Shown here: piece after piece, positions 12,011 through 24,116 of the stretch
How positions within the stretch are numbered: position 1 is the first letter of the stretch
Layout: the number at the start of each line of letters is the position of its first letter
NCBI RefSeq assembly: GCF_001194135.2
Contig: NC_068983.1
Location: 92,162,129 to 92,226,128 of the forward strand
Length of the DNA stretch: 64,000 bases
Origin: Octopus bimaculoides
Taxonomy: Eukaryota
Reading direction: 5' to 3'
Notes under the pieces: model-generated
The model's input: the letters and a program-made list of their open reading frames with translations, nothing else
The model's database searches: none
Told to the model about the DNA's origin: nothing
Made by a program: the position numbers and the translations under genes

Positions 12011-12229
12011 GTTTTATGCTGTGTGTGTTTGTGTGTGGTTTTACTCTACCTCTACTACAACGGAAGAGTAAACCATGAACAGGAAAAAAATAAAAAATAA
12101 ATACACAGTGCCTTTGAGTTTTAGATTTTCATCTTTCATGGTAGATCTGTTAAATCAGAACTGACCTATGTGTAAACTTCATCATTATCATTGCCTCCCA
12201 TTATATATATTTATTTACATATTTTTTAA

Positions 12230-12538
<309 letters not shown>

Positions 12539-12879
12539 TAATATCTTATTCCCCCATTTATTGTCTTACTCATTTTATACAAAATCATTCATTCTGTTAA
12601 CTTCTGAAAAGCAAGAAAAATACATTTTTATGTCCATGTTTCTGTATTTGCATTAGTTAGAAGACTATGCTTTTGAGGCTTTATAGCATGATGCCCTTTC
12701 TTGAACTAAAATTACTTGGTTTTCAAGTAAAAGATCTCTTATTCAATGTGGCTTTAAGTTGGGCAGTTATCAAGATGTAAACAACATGCACACACATTTT
12801 ACACCCGTATGTATGTCTGTCAGTCTGTCTGTCTGTTCTTCTTTTTCTCTTTTTAATTTTAGAGTAAATTTTGATTGGT

Positions 12880-13577
12880 CACCTACTTGGTAGCAAGATT
12901 GTGAACAGAAGGAACTTCTTTTAACCATCATTCTTTAAATCTTAAGAAGGTCTTGCAGATTTTTATAGTCCCAGATATTGTGATCATATGTAGCATATGA
13001 ATTAAGGATTTACATTCTCTCCCCAAGATCCCTAGTTCAGGTGGGTTGATATGTTTCCTGTTGCTCCTATAATAATAAGTATGAAACTGAAAGTGTATCT
13101 TGGGTACAGGATTTGCAAAATCCTTATCAATGGTTCATAGATGTGCTCTTTTTCTTGTATTTTTCTAATTACATTCATGTCCAGAGAGCAGCTGATTTCC
13201 ACAACCAAATATATCTTTTCTTTGTGGTCCCACTTAATGATATCTGGCCAGTTGTGTTTTAACTTGTTGATTGTTTTAATTTTTAAGTTCTAGTATTCTT
13301 TTGACCTATCAGTCTCACTATGGTTAACTTCATTTGTAGTATTTTCTTCTTTGTTACCCTGTTCTAGACCATTTCAGCCACTGCATTATGCCTCATGAGA
13401 AGATATCTGGAAGACATTCTCCTCACAGTTGACAATAGTGTGGATGATGTCTTCAGTGATGGTCTTGCAAAGCCTAAGTATGTATGTATGTATGATTTTT
13501 CTTCGAGAAAGTTCAAGCCAGTCACTAACAAATCAACAAGGTGTTTTGAGTTAAGAGAGTTCCCAGTATTTGTAAAT
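12880..13577 (-). mobile_element. R4/Dong-clade RLE LINE 3' fragment
   Basis: RMSSRYLLMRHNAVA and KHNWPDIIKWD...LVVEISCSLDMNV; same family as the copy at 15520. Confidence 0.65.
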
Positions 13578-14832
13578 TTGGGTCATCCCATAAATAATGT
13601 GGTTTTTTTCAATTACATGAACTAAAAGTTGGAGGGGGACAGAATAAACTATCTGCATAAATTTATTATAAAAGCAGGTAGTAATTTTACCTTGTACATA
13701 TTCTTAGTGCAAGTTTTGAAGAGTGCAGTTCAATTTTAAGTTATTTTTTCGAAGCTATAATGGAAGTGACAAAGGAGCATATTTGGCATATTTTATTTTA
13801 TGAGTTCACTAAAAGAAACAGCATAATTGAAGGTGCAAGGAATATATATGGGTATCAGACAATAAGCATAAGCCAGTGTCAATGGTGGTTCCAGAAATTC
13901 TGAGCCAGAAACTACAGTCAAGAAGATGAGCCTCATCCTGGAAGATCAGTAGAGCTTGATGAGGATGTCCTGCAAACCCTGGTGGAACAAAATCCCATCG
14001 TAACTGTTGAGGAACTAGCAGTGAAGCTTGGATTTGGTCATTCAACCATCCAGCGACAGCTGTGTGCCATTAGAAAAGTCAGCAAATTGGGTCAGTTGGT
14101 TCCTCCCAAACTTTCCGAGTCTAACCGCGTGCAGAGAGTGAATGTGTGCTCTTCTTTACTGTCACGTCTCACGAATGAACCTTTTTTTAGACTGACTAGT
14201 GACAGGTGATGAGAAATGGGTTCTCTATGAAAATGTCAAACCGGCACTCCAGGCTAAATAAGGTCTTCATCCACATAAGGTGTTGTTATCTGTTTGGTAG
14301 GATATGAAAGGTTTTAGTCCACTTTGAACTTTTAAACCCAAAGCAAGTGATAACAAAGGAGATCCACTGTGAGCAGCTTAAGTCATTGCTAGGAGAAAAA
14401 TGACCATCTTTGGTTTCAAGACAAAAGGTGTTCTTCCATCAGGATAATGCTCGGCCACATACAGTGAGGATGACATTCCAAAGACTGGAGCAGTTTCAAT
14501 GGGAAACGATGACCCACCCTCTATATTCACCAGACTTTACCCCATCTGAATATCATTTATTCCGCAGTCTTCAAAATCATTTGGATGGAAAAAATATGAA
14601 TTCTGTAGACAAGGTCAGAACAGTACTGGAGGGGAGTATTTTTCATCACAGACAAGTGAATTTTGGAAGAGGGGCCTTGCAAGTCTACCAGATAGATGGA
14701 AGAGCATTGTAGAAAATGAAGGAGAGTATATTTTAAATTGAAAAAGAACCAAATTAAAAAAGAACTTTGTATATCTTAATTTTGAAAAATAAAAGAAGTA
14801 TAAAAAACCGCATTATTTATGGGATGACCCAA
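13578..14832 (+). mobile_element. Near full-length mariner transposon, transposase pseudogenised
   Basis: TIR TTGGGTCATCCCATAAATAAT at both ends; TA at 14833. Translation MEVTKEHIWHIL..., WVP-like LVP, TGDEKW, HQDNARPH, YSPDFTPSEYHLF. Stops and frameshifts. Confidence 0.9.
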
Positions 14833-14969
14833 TATATGTTTGATTTTGTGTGTTGGTTGAACTGTTGATGTATACATCTAAGTGTGTGCATAAATTCACA
14901 TAAGAATCCAAGGTGGAGAATTTTTGGAATGTCTTGCAAATCTCCTCTTTGGCCAGTTCTTCTAGGGGT

Positions 14970-15520
14970 GGGGGAAACGTTTCTGATCCATAGAGGAGAA
15001 TGGAGAGTACCAGTGTATTGTAGATACAGAGCTTCATCTTCTGGGAAATAAAGTAGGGGTGCCAGAGGGGCTTCCATAGGGTGTTCGTGAGCCTAGCGGC
15101 TGGACTATGTCTGCAGTTTGGTGACTATGGAACCCAGGTAGATGAAGCAGCTGACAAACTCTATGACATCGGGTCCAATATGGAGAGGCCATCTCCAACA
15201 TGCATGGTCTTCACCCAACTCACCTGAAGGACAAGCTTTGCTAATTCTCATCATTGCATCCTTGAGCTGGTCGATTGAGTTGCCTAATAGGGTGGTTATT
15301 GTCTGCATACTCCAGGTCAATAAGGACATGATTGGGGAAGATCTCCAGAGGTTCGATGTTACATTGGAGGAAGCAGAGGGGTTGGTAGAGAACTACCAAT
15401 AATAGAGAGTACTGGTGGACCTGGTCAGCTCTAAGCATAATGACACCTCTAGGACCACTAATTTGGAATAACCCCAGCCCCATCAAGCAAGAGTATGATG
15501 CCAACTTGGAAGCCAAGCTT
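14970..15520 (-). mobile_element. Rearranged RTE-like LINE fragments
   Basis: KLCIYNTLVLSILLYGSET and IEFVSCFIYLGSIVT motifs. Confidence 0.5.
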
Positions 15521-18500
15521 TACAAATCTTCACTATACCTCTAATACATTGGATTTGGAGAATCTACATCAGTTTCTTTTTGCTCGTTTTCTGTGAAACC
15601 AACTATTTCTAGATTTTTGTGCAAATCTTTTAGTAAATAACCGAACACTCTTATGATGATAGGCACAAATGTGAATTTATAATCAGGATACAATAGCTGT
15701 ATGTTCCACATTAGTTCGCCATATATGTTCTCTTTTTCCTGGACTTCTGATTGTACATTCACATCTGTTGGGCAACTGATCTCTACTACAGTGTATGACT
15801 TTTATTCTCTGTTCAACTGAACCATATCAGGTCTGTTATGTATATACTGAATTGATGTTTTTTATTGGGGTGTTCCACTAGTATTCCTTGTTTTTAAAGG
15901 TGTGAATACTTGCTGGTTCTGACATGCCTTTGATTTATACATCAGGGCAGTCCTTCCTATGGATAGCATTGTAAATAGTCTTTGTAACTATAGCATGCTT
16001 CAGGGGCAGTTAGTATCTTGTAGACATTTTGAGGCAGCTGCTGATGATGTGGGTGATATCTTCCACCCTGGTATAGTAAAGCTGACATTTTTTATCACAA
16101 CCTAGAGGTTTAGTGGTATCTTTGTCCCTCTTTAGTAGCTATCTCCTGTTCCTGGATAGTGAAAGCATATCCATCTCTTGGAGGATCCATATTTTCTGGA
16201 GTCTACAGAAGTACTATTTTGTTATTCAGCACCAATGTATGCAACGTTCTCGTTGATTCCAAGGCACTTGTAGCTTTCATCATTAACCCTTTCGTTACCA
16301 TATTTCTAACCAAAATACACTCCTTATGTGTTTCAATTAATTTCTAACATAATCATAAATTTAGTCTGGTTTCATTAAACAACTCTAACTTTTTTATTTA
16401 TCAACATATTAATGTGATTTTTGGAAGATAATTTAAGGAAAGGTTCTCAACCAATTCTATACCAAAATTTTTGTCACAAAGTGACTCTAATTACAGGTAA
16501 ATACAGGTAAATTCAACAAAATATAAAATTATTAAAATTTTTGTTCAAACATCGCTATAGAAAATGGGTTATTAGCTAATATTCAATTGGGTATACAACA
16601 AAATATTATTATAGAAGAGTTGTGCACATTACTGGATTCATTACTGTCTCTTTTGCCAATATAAAATTCANNNNNNNNNNCACAAATCTTCCAAACTTTG
16701 ATCCCCCATTTTGTGGGCTTTCCTGGCATATACTGTCGAAAACGCACTCGGCCTTTATAGCCCACCATATCCTCATCAATTGATAAATGTCTCCCTGGTC
16801 TATAAACTGTTTTATATGTGTTTTGAACACAGTCAATGAGGGGTCTTATTTTAAATAAGGGATCAAAGTCTGGTTCTCTACGTACTGGTGTACTGTTCGT
16901 GTCTCTTACATGTAGATATTGAGTCAATTTTAAAAACCGTGTCCTCGTCATTATACTTGAGACATATTCGTCTCCAAAGGGTTCATCACTACTCCAGTAA
17001 TTTGTTATTCTCGGTAACTTTCTAATGCCCATAACAATATTTATGGCAAAATATGCTTTAATTTCATTCAAGTTTGTAGGAAACCACAAACTATCCTTTT
17101 TTACGCTTTGTTTACATTCAGCGTAATGGTTTGTTTCCGCCGTAATCAATTCAAATAGGTACATCGGAAAAAGCAAAAAGAAATAGTCTAAAGCTTTACT
17201 CTCCTGGGTAAGACTGTGACTTGGTCCAGTTTCTTCAGAAAAATCACTGATAGAGTTTTTAAATTTTCACTCCATTCAGGTACTAATTCATTCTCTTTAT
17301 CGCTATCATCGGAGCTCTCGGATTCACTGCTTTCATTTCGGAAAATGAAACATCAGATTCATTATCAAATACCACATGCTTTTTTTTTTTTGGTTACAGA
17401 GTTAGTTTTATCAAGGTCTTCAATGAAAAATTCTTCAAATTCTGACTCGCTGCTTGACAGAATAAAATTTGTATCCATTTTTTTGTCAGAATTACAAATT
17501 AAAAAAACACGTCGATCGTCGTACAAAACTATAGCTGAACTGTTTACACAAATAATCACGTGTTTTCACGAATGTACTAACGAGATTTGCTCAGATATTC
17601 TCATTTAAATATGAATAGGTGATTACGGGCGTTTTTGGGCGGCTTGGTAACGAAAGGGTTAAGGATAAGAGAGATAGACAAGCCATTGATGTACATGTTG
17701 TCTGCCTGGTCAACAATCTTTCCTCAGTTGACTACCATGTATGAGCATTTACCTTGCCCAAACTCCATTCCTATATTTCATGAGAATGTGACTAGTTCTA
17801 ATTGTCTCTTGATGCTAGTCATATTACCAGAATACAACAGGTCATCAACAAGAAATGTGTGGGTGGCATTATTCTTTTCTGCATATCCCAGCATGTAGCC
17901 TTGGCATTTTATTAACAGGGCTGACAAGGGGTTAACTGCCAGTGCAAACAGCATTATTATCACCCTGGAATATGCCTGTTGATAGCTTACGTCTATTTGT
18001 AACAACAGGTATTGCTTTTGTAGTTGTCAGTGATAATTGTGTGGACCATAGCATTCACTATAGCAGCTGGTATTTTGGCAAAGTGTAGTGATTCTATCAT
18101 CCATGAGTAAGGTACAGAGTTTAATGCCTTCTTGTAGTCTAGCCATATTGTTAAAAGACTGCAGTGATGTTGCTTGGCTTTCTTAAGGACAGCTTTGCTG
18201 ATGGGGAGCTATTCAGCACTACCCCAGACTCCTTTCTTTCCTCCTAACTGTTCATCAGTTATCACATCATCTGTTTCTTGGAGAAATATATTCAGACAAC
18301 CTGTGTACAGTTTGTACATAGCAGTCAAGCATGCTATGGGCCTATAGTTTTTTGGCCACATGCTCCTGGGGAATAAGAGTGGTCTGTGCAGCCATCAGCC
18401 AATCTGGTGTATGTAGCTCAGCATCCATTGTTTTTTTATAAATAGGTTCATGAGAATTTCTCTGTAGAACATGAGCTTTTGGTACCAGTAGCCTACTATC

Positions 18501-19140
18501 ATGTCTCTTCCGGGTGATTTTCCATTTGACAGTTTCATTATAACCATCAGGATTGTTCCAGTGGTGATGTTATATGTTTTGGGAAAGGCATTTACACAGT
18601 ATTTACTTTGTAAGTCGTTTAACCATGCTGTGTGACAGTTGTGTTCTTTGTTTACATTTCAGATTCCCTGCCAGAATGACTCTAGGTCTTCTTGAGGAGG
18701 AGCATTTATTACCTTGATGGTATTGCTTTTCATACTGTGATATACAGCTTGTGGGTTCTGGGCAAACTTTCAGTTCATTTTCCATTCATCTAATTTTTTA
18801 CAATAATGAAGCTTTTCACTTACCACTCGTAGATTGTGTTAAAAGGTGATAACTTTTCATGTGAGTGTTTCCCAGCGGCAGTTCTCATACAATTTGAAGA
18901 ACCTACCATGCAGTTGTAACTGGTGATTCATGAACTCATTTTTAGCCTTGCAATTGATGATAGTATCCAACTGTCTTATGTTTTTCTTGAGTCCATTGAT
19001 GCTATTTTGGAGAGAGGTAATCCATTTAGGTTGGCTATTATCCTGGATCAGTGTCTCTTACTTTTATTTGTTGCTGCACAGTTACTGCAGCACAACATAG
19101 CAGGATTTTTTATTGTCCATAATTTGGGAGTTTGGATTTG
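15520..19140 (-). mobile_element. R4/Dong-clade LINE (RT + CCHC + RLE), interrupted by piggyBac
   Basis: GKSPGRDMIVGYW, PDWL...TTLIP, HTFLVDDL, EDITHIISSC, HNRPD, EISCPTDVNV..KENIYG..LYPDYKFTFVPIII. The frame rejoins across the TTAA insertion as ...GLSISLILNDESYKCLGINEN. Confidence 0.8.
16287..17658 (-). mobile_element. Non-autonomous piggyBac (PGBD4-like), internal deletion derivative
   Basis: TTAA TSD at 16283-16286 and 17659-17662. Perfect 14-bp TIR CCCTTTCGTTACCA. Transposase fragment ...SIDEDMVGYKGRVRFRQYMPGKPTKWGIKVW, truncated after the first catalytic Asp. Confidence 0.93.
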
Positions 19141-19278
19141 AGCTACTTGTTCTCTTACAATTTTGTCAATCATGGATAACTTCAGGTCATTGGGTTTTAT
19201 CCCATCTCATGTTGGTATTGTTGTCTTATGCAGTGCCTTATGTATGTATGCATATATATATATATATATATATATATA

Positions 19279-19899
19279 NNNNNNNNNNNNNNNNNNNNNN
19301 NNNNNNNNNNNNNNNNNNNNNNNNNNNNNNNNNNNNNNNNNNNNNNNNNNNNNNNNNNNNNNNNNNNNNNNNNNNNNNNNNNNNNNNNNNNNNNNNNNNN
19401 NNNNNNNNNNNNNNNNNNNNNNNNNNNNNNNNNNNNNNNNNNNNNNNNNNNNNNNNNNNNNNNNNNNNNNNNNNNNNNNNNNNNNNNNNNNNNNNNNNNN
19501 NNNNNNNNNNNNNNNNNNNNNNNNNNNNNNNNNNNNNNNNNNNNNNNNNNNNNNNNNNNNNNNNNNNNNNNNNNNNNNNNNNNNNNNNNNNNNNNNNNNN
19601 NNNNNNNNNNNNNNNNNNNNNNNNNNNNNNNNNNNNNNNNNNNNNNNNNNNNNNNNNNNNNNNNNNNNNNNNNNNNNNNNNNNNNNNNNNNNNNNNNNNN
19701 NNNNNNNNNNNNNNNNNNNNNNNNNNNNNNNNNNNNNNNNNNNNNNNNNNNNNNNNNNNNNNNNNNNNNNNNNNNNNNNNNNNNNNNNNNNNNNNNNNNN
19801 NNNNNNNNNNNNNNNNNNNNNNNNNNNNNNNNNNNNNNNNNNNNNNNNNNNNNNNNNNNNNNNNNNNNNNNNNNNNNNNNNNNNNNNNNNNNNNNNNNN
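19279..19899. other. Assembly gap (others at 10615-10624, 16671-16680, 27955-28482, 31604-32082, 35886-35965)
   Basis: Runs of N. Confidence 1.
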
Positions 19900-20257
19900 A
19901 AGACCGTTACCAACGTCGCCTTCCTGGCACTTGTGCCAGTGGCACGTGAAAAAACATTCGAGCGAGTTCATTGCCAGTACCGCTGGACTGGCTCCTGTGC
20001 AGGTGGCACGTAAAATATACCATTTCGAGCATGGCCGTTGCCAGTACCTCCTGACTGGCCTTCATGCCGGTGGCATGTAAAAGCACCCACGACACTCTCG
20101 GAGTGGTTGGCGTTAGGAAGGACATCCAGCTGTAGAAACTCTGCCAAATCAGATTGGAGCCTGGTGTAGCCATCTGGTTCACCAGTCCTCAGTCAAATCG
20201 TCCAACCCATACTAGCATGGAAAGCAGACGTTAAACGATGATGATGATGATGATGAT
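19900..20257 (+). mobile_element. SINE with internal ggcacgtaaaa-type repeats and (GAT)n tail
   Basis: Repeated ccggtggcacgtaaaa units, gtggttggcgttaggaagg..catccagctgtagaaac and ccaaccca..ctagcatggaaagc.gacgttaaacgatgatgat; homologous copy at 42825 on the opposite strand. Confidence 0.72.
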
Positions 20258-20289
20258 GCATACATACATAAGGCACTGCATGAGACAAC

Positions 20290-21430
20290 AATACCAACTT
20301 TCACCTTACTGGCAGCATCCCTGTACATAGCATGACAGCTCTCACTAAACACTCATCTAGCCCTAGCTTCCACATTACTACCAGAAAGATGAAAGTTGGC
20401 AACAAATATAGCAATGAATTCAGTGTATGGGTAGGAGTTCATCTAAGATCAATTCTCAGTCCCCACTTGTTTATTTTAGTCTTCCATGCCTTAACAGAGG
20501 AATTAAAGACTGGCTGCCCCTGAGAGCTCTTCTAGCCTGATGTCTTTGTTCTTATAGCTGAATCACTACCTGACCTAGAGAAATTTCAGGTGTGGAAGCA
20601 AGGCCTGAAATCTAAGGGCCTTAGAGTTAATTTAACTAAAACCAAAGTCCTAGTAAGTAGGAAAACAGACAAATCAGAAACCCCTTCAGGGAAATGGCCC
20701 TGCTTGATATGTAAGAAGGGTGTTGGAAGAAACTCCATATGTTGTACCCAGTGCAAGCTTTAGCCAAATAAGAAGTGTAGCAGTATTACAGGAAGGTTAA
20801 CAAAGAAAATAGTTTTGGTGTGTGGCAAATTTGCAGGTACAATAAGCACTAAAAATGTCAGATGTTCGAGGAGATCATTAGATCATTAGAAATAGTAGAT
20901 AGCTTCTGTTACTTGTTAGCAGTAGAGGAGGAAGTTCTGAAAGAGTAGTTGTTAGAATAAACATGGGCTGAACAAATTTCAGAGAGTTTCTACCTTTATT
21001 AGTAACTAAGAGCCTTTCCCTCAAAGTAAAAGGCAGATTGAATGATACCTGTGTATGTACAGCTATGTCACATGGCAGTGAAACATGGGCTTTGACAACA
21101 GAAGTATTATGATGGCTTGAAAGAAATGAAACAACATGCTCCTCTAGATGTATAATGTCAGTGTACACGTATCACAGAGTAAGTGATTTTAGAGGAAAGC
21201 TGGGTATAAGAGACATCAGATGTTGTGTGCAAGGGAAAAGACTGTTCTAGTTTGGTCATGTGATGCATATGGATGAGGGCATCTGCATAAAGAAGTGCTG
21301 AACTCTAATTGTGGAAGGAAGCTATGGAAGGGGTAGACCCAACAAGATGTGGGCTAGAGTGGTGAGAAAGGATCTTCAGACAGTGGGCCTCACTGAAGAA
21401 ATGTCAAGGAATCAGGAGTTGTGTCAGTTT
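20290..21430 (+). mobile_element. RTE-clade LINE 3' half with PHD-like insert in RT
   Basis: GVHLRSILSPHLF, KSKGLRVNLTKTKVL, WPCLICKKGVGRNSICCTQC, KGRLNDTCVCTAMSHGSETW, GRGRPNKMW. Confidence 0.8.
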
Positions 21431-21739
21431 GTTGTACTTGAGAAGACTCTCCAAGCTAAATAAAATTGCTGTCATCTATAAATACAAGCTAGTCCTTTAC
21501 AGGTGCCAGTGTCACAAAATGCACTCGTGCCAGATCTGCATAAATGCACACTTTGTAAAGTGGTTGGCATTAGGAAGGGTATCCATCTGTAGAAACCATA
21601 TCGCAACAAACAGCTGGAGTCTGAAGGACTCCCCAGCTGGCCGGCTCCTGTCAAACTATTCAACCCATGCCAGCATGGACATTAAATGATGATAATGATA
21701 AACATACACACACACACATGCATGCGTGCGTGTGTGTGT

Positions 21740-22870
21740 GTGATGAGGAACCTGGTGGGACATCCAAGACACCCCAGAATTCACCATAGACCTTTTCCAC
21801 TCAGTGTCAAATACCCTAGCATTGTTAACAAAGGTGATGTGAAGTTTCCTGCCTCACTGTCTGCACCCCCTGCCACATTGGTGGAACCCCATCTTCCCTG
21901 AAGCCACAGCAAGACCCTGGGAGGTTCTGGCAAGAACTTTGTCTACAATGGAGAGTAAGGCTGTGGCTGGAGCAGTTAGACTTCTCTTCCTTGTTCTTAT
22001 ATAGGGTGATTATGACAGCATTGTAGAAATGCTGTATCTTGCCTTGCTCCCAACTGCAGACAAAATGCTTGTGGAGTTTTGAGTGCAGTGTTCTGTCACC
22101 ACCCCTCCGTGTCTTAGGCAGGATTCCACCAACTCCTGCTGCCTATCCACTTTTCAGTTGCTCTTTGGCTTTGATTGTCTCTGGGGAGGGAATTTCATCC
22201 AGCTCTGACTGAAAAGGCTGCTGTGGGATATGAAGCATTGCCATATCTTGGACTGAGTGGTTAGCCCTGAAGAGAGTTTGAAAGTGCTCTGACTACTGGT
22301 GCAAGTTGGAGGCCTTGTCTGTGAAAACATCTTTCTTTTTGCGCAATGAACTCTGGACCTGGTGTGTTGGACCATACACAGCTTTTTGGGCTTCATAAAA
22401 CATCTTGTGGTTGCCAGTGTCTGTGCTGAACTGAGTTCTTTTGACAAGTTTTATCCATCTCTCATTTTTAATCTCTTGGAGTTTGCACTCACATTACTGA
22501 AAGGCTGCTTTCTTCTCAGGGTAGCATGGGTTTGCAAGGTGAGCACAGTGGGCAGATCTTTTCTTTGCTTGTAGTTTTTGGATTTCTTAGTTATTTTCAT
22601 TTAACTTGTCCTTGTTCATTTTTGTGGAGAAGCCCAGTATTTCTTCAGAGGTTTTTCAGGATGGCTGTTTTTAGGTGTTCCAAAAGCACTTCAGGGAAGG
22701 GGTCTGTGGGATCTTTAACTGGAGGTTTGCCTGAAAGTTATCTTTCGCTTCAGCTGATAGCAGGATGCTCACCTGGAACCTTTTCCTTTGAGCTCCACCT
22801 CTCTTGGCCTTTGGTTTGAAGTAGAGACTGAGTTTGCAGGGACAAAACTATGGTCTGAGTGGCATATATC
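21740..22870 (-). mobile_element. RTE/BovB-like LINE fragment (EN-RT linker and RT start)
   Basis: MFYEAQKAVYGPTHQVQSSLR...DKASNLHQ*SEHFQTLFRAN..VQD...IPQQP..SELDEIPS.ETIKAKEQLKSG*AAG and AVIITLYKNKG. Confidence 0.7.
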
Positions 22871-22929
22871 ACTATACATCACTCTAGTGTGAAGAATTTC
22901 ACTCTGGTCTCTTTTCTGTACTAGAATGT

Positions 22930-24060
22930 AATTTATGCTCGAGGATCAGCAGGCTGGGTTGGGTGCAGCAGTGGCCTTACTGAACCCTTTCCCATTAGCA
23001 ATGGTGCTAGGTTGAGCTGCATCTTTACACTGACCTTTTCCATCATCTTCTCCAGTGTGGTGCTCCAGTGGGCCACTGGGGGCTCTGGTGATGGGAATGA
23101 TTGTGGCACATCACTTCTTACTTTGTGGAGGTTGCTCAGCACTATGGGGCCCAATGTTCGAAGGTCATTCTTCACCTCATCTCATGTCTTCCTGGGTCTA
23201 CCTTTTCTACAGGTTCCTTCCACAGTTAGGGTGTGGCACTTCCTCACACAGGTGTCCTCATCCATATGTAACACATGACCATACCAGTGCAGTCGTCTCT
23301 CTTGCACACCAGATTTGATGCTTCTTATGTCCAACTTTTCTCTCAGGGCGCTCACATTCTGTTGTGTATACACACTGACATTACACATTCAGCGGATCAT
23401 ACTAACTTCATTTCTTTTAAGCCTACGCATGTCTTCAGCAGTCATGACCCATGTTTCACTGCCATGTAGCATGGCAGTTCGCACGCATGCATCATACAGT
23501 CTACCTTTCATCCTGAGTGAGAGGCTCTTAGTTGCCTGCAGAGATAGAAGCTCCTTGAACTTTATCCAGGCTATTCTTATTCTAGCCACTACACTCTCAG
23601 AGCAACTACCCCCACTACAGACTTGGTCACCTAGGTAGCTATCAAATTGATGGAGTTACAATGTATATCCAGGAACATGTCTCACCTGTAATCATGCTGT
23701 CATCACGTTCGGATAGTGCTTTTTACGTGTCATTGGCATGGGAGCCAGTCGGGGTACTGGCATCAGCCATGTTTGGATGGTGCTTTTTATATGCTGTCAG
23801 CTACTAGTTTTTCTCCCTGGCATGTGATGGAATCTGTTTTCTGTACATCTTCAGGGTTTAAACCCTGTGCATCTGCCACACACAAAAAATGTCTTCCTGG
23901 TTAAATTTCCTTTGATATTGCTGCACCTTTTATCTGTCCATAGCTTATACCGGGTACATTGTATGGAGTTTCTACCCATGCCTTTTGTACAGATCGAGCA
24001 AGGCCATCTACCTGAAGGGGTTTGTGATTTGTCAGCCTTCCTACTTACATATATACTACA
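22930..24060 (-). mobile_element. RTE-clade LINE 3' half with PHD-like insert, inverted relative to the 20290 copy
   Basis: ORFs 23851-24063 (WPCSICTKGMGRNSIQC..KRC...VCGRC), 23389-23589 (KGRLYDACVRTAMLHGSETW) and 23182-23388 (RRLHWYGHVLHM..KGRPRKT). Confidence 0.8.
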
Positions 24061-24081
24061 CATATTATGTATATATTTATA

Positions 24082-24116
<35 letters not shown>

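Noticed and set aside
14410-14712. Mariner with an apparent DD34E triad (SPDFTPSEY)
   Set aside because: One GAT>GAA change in a copy full of stops and frameshifts explains it; the rest is ordinary DD34D mariner. A family consensus would be needed to revive it.
19113-20080. Long ORFs of 200-300 aa in the track (also at 27835-28658, 31450-32174, 35872-36063)
   Set aside because: They are open only because they run through N-gaps (poly-X).
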